Below are positions 58,678 through 64,000 of a stretch of DNA of 64,000 bases, piece by piece; within the stretch, counting starts at the first letter, position 1, and every line of letters starts with the position of its first letter. The DNA is from a virus. Taxonomy: Duplodnaviria; Caudoviricetes. Location: IMG/VR virus record IMGVR_UViG_2551306498_000001, positions 5,042 to 69,041 of that record, one strand, 5' to 3'. The position numbers and the translations under genes are program-made. The notes under the pieces were generated by a model, which was not told the origin of the DNA, ran no database searches, and saw only the letters and a program-made list of their open reading frames with translations.

Positions 58678-58786
58678 ACCTTAACACAAAAAAGAGCAGG
58701 AGGGGGAACCTCACTGCTTTTTATTCACTATGAACTGCACAGATACAGTCAAACATACTTACTATTTTATTATTATCTACAAAAAA

Positions 58787-59098
58787 TTACTCCACCTTCA
58801 TTACAGTACCTTTATAGTTTCCGTAATATAATCCGTTTGAATAGGTAGTTGATAATAGTGGTAGCTCTCCATACCAACCGTTTTGATAATAACTGTATGT
58901 TGGTGGAACAAACTCTGGTTTTCCGTATTTATTATTTTCATCATGAAAAATCACAGTTTTATACGTCGACTGAATTGTAATACTTTGTGTAGCTACAGAA
59001 TCTTGAGCTGAGGATTGGGCAGCAGCAAATGATGCTGGAACAGCAATACTTGCTACAATAGCAGTAAGTGCTCCGAGTGTGATCAGTTTCTTTTTCAT
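58787..59098 (-). CDS. Small secreted protein
   Basis: Sec signal peptide (..ASFA); Tyr/Gly-rich mature domain. Confidence 0.75.
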   Translation of the reverse strand: MKKKLITLGALTAIVASIAVPASFAAAQSSAQDSVATQSITIQSTYKTVIFHDENNKYGKPEFVPPTYSYYQNGWYGELPLLSTTYSNGLYYGNYKGTVMKVE

Positions 59099-59324
59099 GT
59101 AAATACCTCCTAAGTTTTATGAAGATAATCGTGATACTTTACTTTCTAAAAATACCATATAATACAATGTAAAAATATGACATGTATCACGTCGTATTTA
59201 GTCTTTAGCACCTCTTGAGATTTACTAAAGTTAATTCGGTTAAGATGTTACTACTCTCTCTCCCATGAGTGCTACTATAAAAATACCTAGTCTGTGTGAC
59301 TGGGTATTTTTGTTGTTGATTAAA

Positions 59325-59336
59325 GAACGTATGTTC
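59325..59336. promoter_or_regulatory. LexA (Cheo/SOS) box within a sigmaA promoter
   Basis: AGAACGTATGTTCG (GAAC-N4-GTTC) between TTGATT (59316) and TATAAT (59340). Confidence 0.8.
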
Positions 59337-59363
59337 GCATATAATATTCATGAGGTGATTTAC

Positions 59364-59648
59364 ATGCTAACGGATTATCAACGAAAGGTCCTTCGGATCT
59401 TATATAACTACAAAGGTGGACGGCGTAGGTTTCCTACAATCCATGAACTTACAGTTAAAACGGGTAAGCATAAGCCGGAGGTCTTGGCTGCTCTGGACGC
59501 TCTTGTGGCTGCGGAATACATACATTGGGAAGACAGGTCTGACACGGCCAACATAGTGATCTTGGAAGGCTGGGAACGTGAGGGAGAACGTCCCAAGGTG
59601 GACCACACACCATCGTCTGGGAACATTGACTATTGGACTCAATATTAA
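59364..59648 (+). CDS. Small winged-helix-like SOS-inducible protein
   Basis: MLTDYQRKVLRILYNY...PTIHELTVKTGK; ATG 59364 after GAGGTG. Confidence 0.7.
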   Translation: MLTDYQRKVLRILYNYKGGRRRFPTIHELTVKTGKHKPEVLAALDALVAAEYIHWEDRSDTANIVILEGWEREGERPKVDHTPSSGNIDYWTQY

Positions 59649-59660
59649 GGGGGGCTTATC

Positions 59661-59993
59661 ATGCGTAGCAGACTGAAGGAAAACGGGTTGTATGAGACAT
59701 CCAGGATGATTATGCCTGAACATAGAGAGGCATGGTTGGCTCAATGTGAACAACAGAAGAGACGCGGTAAGCCAGATCTGGACGATCAAGAGATACAACA
59801 GATCAGTGAAGTTTTAGTGGAGTCCTATAGTAGTAGCCGCACAGTTGATCTGGTGTTATTCAGCCCATTCGATGATGAGGATGTTTCCGGGATAGTTGTT
59901 GGACTAAATACGTCTCATCATAGAGTTAAGTTGATGTTAGAAGAAGAATATAGATGGATTCAGCTTGCGGAAATTATATCTGCATCTGTATAG
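59661..59993 (+). CDS. YolD-like protein
   Basis: 'SRMIMPEHREA', 'KPDLDDQEIQQI'. Confidence 0.85.
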   Translation: MRSRLKENGLYETSRMIMPEHREAWLAQCEQQKRRGKPDLDDQEIQQISEVLVESYSSSRTVDLVLFSPFDDEDVSGIVVGLNTSHHRVKLMLEEEYRWIQLAEIISASV

Positions 59994-60075
59994 CATTTGT
60001 ATGAATTTGGCTATGGAATTGCCACGTTGTCCTTTATAATAACTTTAAAAGTTATTTTAATTAGGATGGTGCCAA

Positions 60076-60738
60076 GTGGGGGTAATTGCTTATATCTTGA
60101 TAGGTGCATTTGATGTATTTGCTGTCCTGGCACTGATGTTGAGGCTTTATCGTTTGCCAGTAAGGGATAGATTTTGGGAAAAAATCATCTTTTCTGTTCT
60201 GGCCGCAGTAGCATCATATTTCATAAGGATTGTAATTGGAATACCTATGATAGATACTGCTGTGTTAATGCTCCTAGTTATACTATTTATGCGTTATGTA
60301 CTGGAGATCAAACTATTTTACGCGGCTCTCATGTCTAGCGCAGGTATGAGCGCGTATGTTGCTATTCAATTAGCGTTAGCTATGGGTTACATGGCTATCG
60401 GTGGCAATGCGCAGGCCGTTATAGTTGAGACGCATGGATACAAAGTTCAATTGCTTCAAATTACAGCGATATGTATTGCGTACATTGTCTCGTCGATAAT
60501 GACGCTGTTCCGTTGGGGATTCTCATTTGTACCTCTACCACCGCACGATTTCAATATTGAATTGGACTACTCTAAGAACAAGGGTCTTTTGATTACAACT
60601 ATCGGTGTTCTAATCTTCATTTCATTCGCTATGGTGTTATTGCTGAATTACATGATTGTGTTGTTGGTTCCAGCAGCCTTGCTGAGCTTCGGTATATCAT
60701 ATTATTTTTCAAACCGGAGGGATCTCCAAATTGATTGA
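60076..60738 (+). CDS. Polytopic (~7 TM) membrane protein, AgrC-sensor-like, with no kinase domain
   Basis: 220 aa, almost entirely hydrophobic, 'GFSFVPLPPHDF' loop; first gene of the agr-like operon. Confidence 0.7.
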   Translation: MGVIAYILIGAFDVFAVLALMLRLYRLPVRDRFWEKIIFSVLAAVASYFIRIVIGIPMIDTAVLMLLVILFMRYVLEIKLFYAALMSSAGMSAYVAIQLALAMGYMAIGGNAQAVIVETHGYKVQLLQITAICIAYIVSSIMTLFRWGFSFVPLPPHDFNIELDYSKNKGLLITTIGVLIFISFAMVLLLNYMIVLLVPAALLSFGISYYFSNRRDLQID

Positions 60739-61219
60739 ATTGGTATCACGTAAGTTTGCAATGTCAGTTAAACGTGCATATCCGCCGGCCAATGAGGAAG
60801 TAATAGCTTATGAGGTGGGACGGCAACTAAATCTTTATTCTATTGTTATATTGACAATAGTTTTTTCATTGTTAATAGGTCAATTAATTGGGTCGATTGT
60901 TGCCATGTGCACCTTTGCATTTGCCAGAAAAATTACTGGTGGGTTACACCTTAAGTTGACTCTGTGTACAATAGTTACTGTGTCATTATTCATAATAGCA
61001 CCTGTAATTCCCATGAGCACATTTAGTGTGGTAATATTAAGCGTGCTAGTATCCTTTTTTTACATGGGACTTAGAAGAGAACAGTCACGTTGGTTGATAG
61101 TGATCGTCAGCCTGGCTAACGTGAACATTCTTTCTTCAGAAATTACACTTGTGCTTATGGCGCAATTATTGTTGGTATGGGCGGCCAAGATAAAAGGAGG
61201 TGAAAACGTACATGAATGA
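60731..61219 (+). CDS. agrB: AgrB-family peptide-processing membrane protein
   Basis: 'MIELVSRKFAMSVKR...EVIAYEV', 'FARKITGGLH...LC' carrying the catalytic His/Cys pair of AgrB; multiple TMs. Confidence 0.8.
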   Translation: MIELVSRKFAMSVKRAYPPANEEVIAYEVGRQLNLYSIVILTIVFSLLIGQLIGSIVAMCTFAFARKITGGLHLKLTLCTIVTVSLFIIAPVIPMSTFSVVILSVLVSFFYMGLRREQSRWLIVIVSLANVNILSSEITLVLMAQLLLVWAAKIKGGENVHE

Positions 61220-61343
61220 AAAAATTGCCAAAATGTTATCTCTTAAAATCGAGCAAGATGCAGCCGATAAAGTAGATAGCAAGAAAGTGTTCATCGGATC
61301 ACAACCAGTTCCGGAGGCGCTTAAAAAGAAGAAGCAAAAGTAG
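61212..61343 (+). CDS. AgrD-like autoinducer propeptide (43 aa, not in track)
   Basis: MNEKIAKMLSLKIEQDAADKVDSKKVFIGSQPVPEALKKKKQK; RBS AAAGGAGGTG; overlaps the agrB stop; P-x-x-L tail like AgrD. Confidence 0.65.
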   Translation: MNEKIAKMLSLKIEQDAADKVDSKKVFIGSQPVPEALKKKKQK

Positions 61344-61351
61344 AGTGAATT

Positions 61352-61717
61352 ATGGATGAATTAAAGCATCATGTGGCTGGATCAAGAACGGTTGATGGCA
61401 AAGAAATTGGAGAGTATGATTTCTATAGTTTAGCGGAACTTTGTTACATAGATATGTTCTCTCCTAAAAAGAACTACCTTGTCCCTCACTATCATACGAA
61501 GCAATTATCCTTCAGTGATATTCGCACGTTTGAAGCATCTAAAAAGCTTTATCCGAATCTGGTGCAATTAGATAGTGGTTTACTAGTTAACATGGATCAA
61601 GTAGAGAAGATAGAGGAAACGAGGTTCGGCCTAATGGCTCACTTTTACGGTGGACTTCAACGAGAAATAGCGAAGAACAAGATCCACTTGGATTTTGTTA
61701 AAGACAAGCTGAAATGA
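61352..61717 (+). CDS. Stand-alone LytTR DNA-binding domain protein (no receiver domain)
   Basis: 'LVQLDSGLLVNMDQVEKIE' matches the LytTR 'F.R.H.S.LVN...I..I' region; 121 aa. Confidence 0.65.
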   Translation: MDELKHHVAGSRTVDGKEIGEYDFYSLAELCYIDMFSPKKNYLVPHYHTKQLSFSDIRTFEASKKLYPNLVQLDSGLLVNMDQVEKIEETRFGLMAHFYGGLQREIAKNKIHLDFVKDKLK

Positions 61718-61747
61718 ACCCGAGTTCTTCGAGAATCGGGTTTTTTT
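61717..61747 (+). terminator. Terminator of the agr-like operon
   Basis: AACCCGA...TCGGGTT followed by a T run. Confidence 0.8.
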
Positions 61748-61971
61748 GTACCATGAATTAACAAAAGTGTCAAGAAATTTCGATACTAGGTACGAAATAC
61801 TGAAAGCATCAGGGGATAGACGACACTCTTCGACATATTCCACTATTTTCATGTGCTATGCTTTATTTGGAAGTAGAGGGGAGGGGTTGAAAGAAGTTGT
61901 TAGATGATTTTCACTATAAAAAGTATCTACCCGTCGATACTTTTTCCCGGGGGGGCGCCTGCTTATAGGCG

Positions 61972-62190
61972 TTAGGGTTCGATATGCCAGATATACAAAT
62001 CCTCAGCGTGGCAGTCGAGGATTTTCGATATAAGAACAGCGGCTTCGTAAGGCATTGGCTCACGATTATTGGCCCAGTTAGAGATACGTTGTGGCGTATA
62101 CCTGGTTCTCCGAGATAACTGTGCTTGAGTCGTACGAGCCTCCTTAATCCTAACTTTAAGCAGACATCTGCCCCGGGAGATTTTACTCAC
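61972..62190 (-). CDS. XRE-family HTH regulator (72 aa)
   Basis: 'TTQAQLSRRTRYTPQRISNWANN...ISKILDCHAEDLY'. Confidence 0.85.
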   Translation of the reverse strand: MSKISRGRCLLKVRIKEARTTQAQLSRRTRYTPQRISNWANNREPMPYEAAVLISKILDCHAEDLYIWHIEP

Positions 62191-62311
62191 TTCTTATTCT
62201 CCTTATATGGGGTAAGACTATTTAGTTTCGAGAGACATTATAACATGGTGGTAATATCAGGTAAACCCTATACTATGACAGCACATCACATACATCGTGG
62301 GAGAGATAATT

Positions 62312-62509
62312 ATGCAAAGTCCGGAGAGAGATTTTTTCCAAATAAAAGATACTGACAAATTCAAATTTATTCTTGAAGGAGGAACCGTAGAAGAGTTGAA
62401 AGTAGGGAACATGTTGGAGAAAGAGTGGGAGTATGATGGGAAGAAAATATCCAATAAAAACTTAGTGAAAATTCTCAATTTTATTAAGAACATAACCTTA
62501 GCGGATTGA
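62312..62509 (+). CDS. Hypothetical protein
   Basis: MQSPERDFFQIK...; RBS GGGAGA. Confidence 0.55.
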   Translation: MQSPERDFFQIKDTDKFKFILEGGTVEELKVGNMLEKEWEYDGKKISNKNLVKILNFIKNITLAD

Positions 62510-62686
62510 GGCCAATAAAATGCTTTGGATCAAAGTTTCCTAAGCTATTTATTGACCGCATTTTGACCGCGCATTCTGAAGAAATAGGAATAATTAAAAG
62601 AATATATAGTTTATGATTTTTATGAAAACCGTAGTGAATACTATATAAAAGTATTTAAAAATACGTAGAAAATGATACTGGCTTTG

Positions 62687-62740
62687 TATAGAACACAAGT
62701 CCACCAATGGGAACGCGATCAATATATTACGTTGTACTAA
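62687..62740 (+). other. glnA: Attachment-site core: isolated 3' end of glnA
   Basis: Translates YRTQVHQWERDQYITLY*, matching the Bacillales glutamine synthetase C-terminus (B. subtilis ..RTQVHPWEREQYMSQY). No upstream glnA; next to the integrase 3' end. Confidence 0.8.
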
Positions 62741-62778
62741 TTGAAAAAACCTTGTAACTACGGGGTTTTGAAGAAATG

Positions 62779-62844
62779 AACCGGGGGACGTTTTGGGAAG
62801 ATTGCACTTCTATTGAGGTTGCGTCCCCCAAACGTCCCCCGGTT
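62779..62844. repeat. Candidate integrase arm-type sites (GGGGGACG repeats forming a 19-bp inverted repeat)
   Basis: AACCGGGGGACGTTTTGGG (62779-62797) / CCCCAAACGTCCCCCGGTT (62826-62844), 1 mismatch. Confidence 0.6.
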
Positions 62845-64000
62845 TTTGATTTTCTGATCCAAAAATACGGGAAGTGTACTCTTCATACTTATCAATGTTC
62901 CGCTTTTCTAGCTTTTTAGAAATATGAGCATACACATCTGATGTAATTTGCACACTGCCATGCCCAAGCCGCTCTTGTACAAATTTTATATCAGCCCCAG
63001 CTTCAAGCATCATCACAGCATAGGTATGTCTCAAGGAATGAATTGTTAATTCCTCACTCAAACCAGCCTTTCTCAAAATCCTCTTTGAAGCATTAAAGAG
63101 ACTGGATTTAGGCATCGGACTACCATCATTCCTGCACAAGACCAGATTTAAATCGTGTCTGTACATGGACTCCCCTAAATTGATCTTATTTTGATTCTGC
63201 CATGAAGCATGGTACCTCAAATCATTTATGATGCCGTTACTTATACTAATGGTGCGTGTAGATTTTTTGGTTTTTGTATCTCCGAAAAGTTCATCCTCGT
63301 TTGCGGCTTGAAAATCGAGTGTTTCATCCACGCGGATCGTCTTTTCTTTGAAATTGATATCCGACCACTTGAGAGCGGCAGCTTCACCTTTTCGTAAACC
63401 CGTTTCAATGAGCACTTTGAAGAAAATCCAATAAATGTACGCATCACCTCGAGCCGTATGAAGAAATTGGGGAATGTCCTCTGAATCAATGAATTGGATC
63501 GTCTTCTTTTTGTACTCTCCTTTAATAATTGAACCTTTACATGGATTTCGTAATATTTCCCCTTGAATCAAAGCATGCTCTATGGCTGAGTATACAGTGG
63601 AGTTGATGATCTCGATCGTGCGCTTGCTGAGTCCCTTTTTAAATAAAGAGTCCAAAAAGACTTGATACATATCTGGTTTCAAATCCTGAAGCATAAGACG
63701 CTTAAAGTAAGGTTGGATATGGGTGTTTAAGTTATTCTCATGTTGTTTGATCGTATTCTTTCGTACAACTCCTTTTTTGTAGTTATCTATCCAATTTCGA
63801 ATGTAATCGACCAAAGGAATGTCTGTCTGTTCAAACCCTTGCTTTAGCTGCCTTAAAAATTCAGCAGCAGCTAGTTCAGCCTCTGGTTTAGTTCGAAAAC
63901 CAGCCTCGGATTTCTCTTTTTGTTGTTGAGTGAACGGATCGGTGTACTTTAACCGATACCTCCAGCCACTTTTCAATTTCTTGAAACTTGCCAATTTCAT
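62810..64000 (-). CDS. int: Tyrosine integrase with N-terminal arm-binding domain
   Basis: 'GWRYRLKY...EAGFRTKPEAE', 'TGLRKGEA', 'HSLRHTY', 'RLGH', 'DVYAH'. Confidence 0.95.
   Translation of the reverse strand: MKLASFKKLKSGWRYRLKYTDPFTQQQKEKSEAGFRTKPEAELAAAEFLRQLKQGFEQTDIPLVDYIRNWIDNYKKGVVRKNTIKQHENNLNTHIQPYFKRLMLQDLKPDMYQVFLDSLFKKGLSKRTIEIINSTVYSAIEHALIQGEILRNPCKGSIIKGEYKKKTIQFIDSEDIPQFLHTARGDAYIYWIFFKVLIETGLRKGEAAALKWSDINFKEKTIRVDETLDFQAANEDELFGDTKTKKSTRTISISNGIINDLRYHASWQNQNKINLGESMYRHDLNLVLCRNDGSPMPKSSLFNASKRILRKAGLSEELTIHSLRHTYAVMMLEAGADIKFVQERLGHGSVQITSDVYAHISKKLEKRNIDKYEEYTSRIFGSENQKPGDVWGTQPQ

Larger units (their letters stand above)
1..62740 (+). mobile_element. Temperate siphovirus-type (pro)phage, left end outside the window
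   Basis: Contiguous replication, packaging, head, tail and lysis modules ending at an att core. Confidence 0.95.

Noticed and set aside
61716-61727. GAAC-N4-GTTC LexA-like box
   Set aside because: It lies in the terminator stem at a gene end, not in a promoter, and has poor flanks; likely chance.
1-64000. tRNA, rRNA, IS/transposase, retron or group II intron, contractile tail sheath
   Set aside because: No cloverleaf, transposase, RT or sheath signatures seen by eye; tRNAscan-SE/Infernal would be needed to exclude small RNAs formally.

Overview
The whole window is one temperate, long-tailed (siphovirus-type) phage genome of a Firmicute. The host is probably Paenibacillus-like; this is inferred from gene families and a glnA-like tail at the att site. 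Order: early/replication region (initiator with internal iterons, DnaI/DnaC-type loader, beta clamp, two orphan DNA methyltransferases, many small genes; 1-13.9 kb). Next come a lipoprotein moron, a small tyrosine recombinase and the terminase (14.6-19 kb). A ~11 kb AT-rich cargo island is wedged between terL and the portal; it holds candidate defence genes plus fossils of other phages' packaging modules (19-30 kb). Then head, tail (2288-aa tape measure with NlpC/P60 and SLT domains) and lysis genes (30-53.3 kb), and a second accessory region with a toxin/HTH-Zn-peptidase pair, a DUF5677-like gene, SRAP, DNA ligase and YolD (53.4-60 kb). The window ends with a four-gene agr-like peptide-signalling operon lacking a kinase (7TM protein, AgrB, an unannotated 43-aa AgrD-like peptide, stand-alone LytTR; 60.1-61.7 kb), an att core equal to the glnA 3' end (62.7 kb) and a tyrosine integrase. 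The most notable items are the phage-borne agr/LytTR operon, the two-gene nuclease system with a 33-bp VNTR, the duplicated terL tail bounding the cargo, and the att junction. All family assignments come from motif recognition by eye; no database searches were run.
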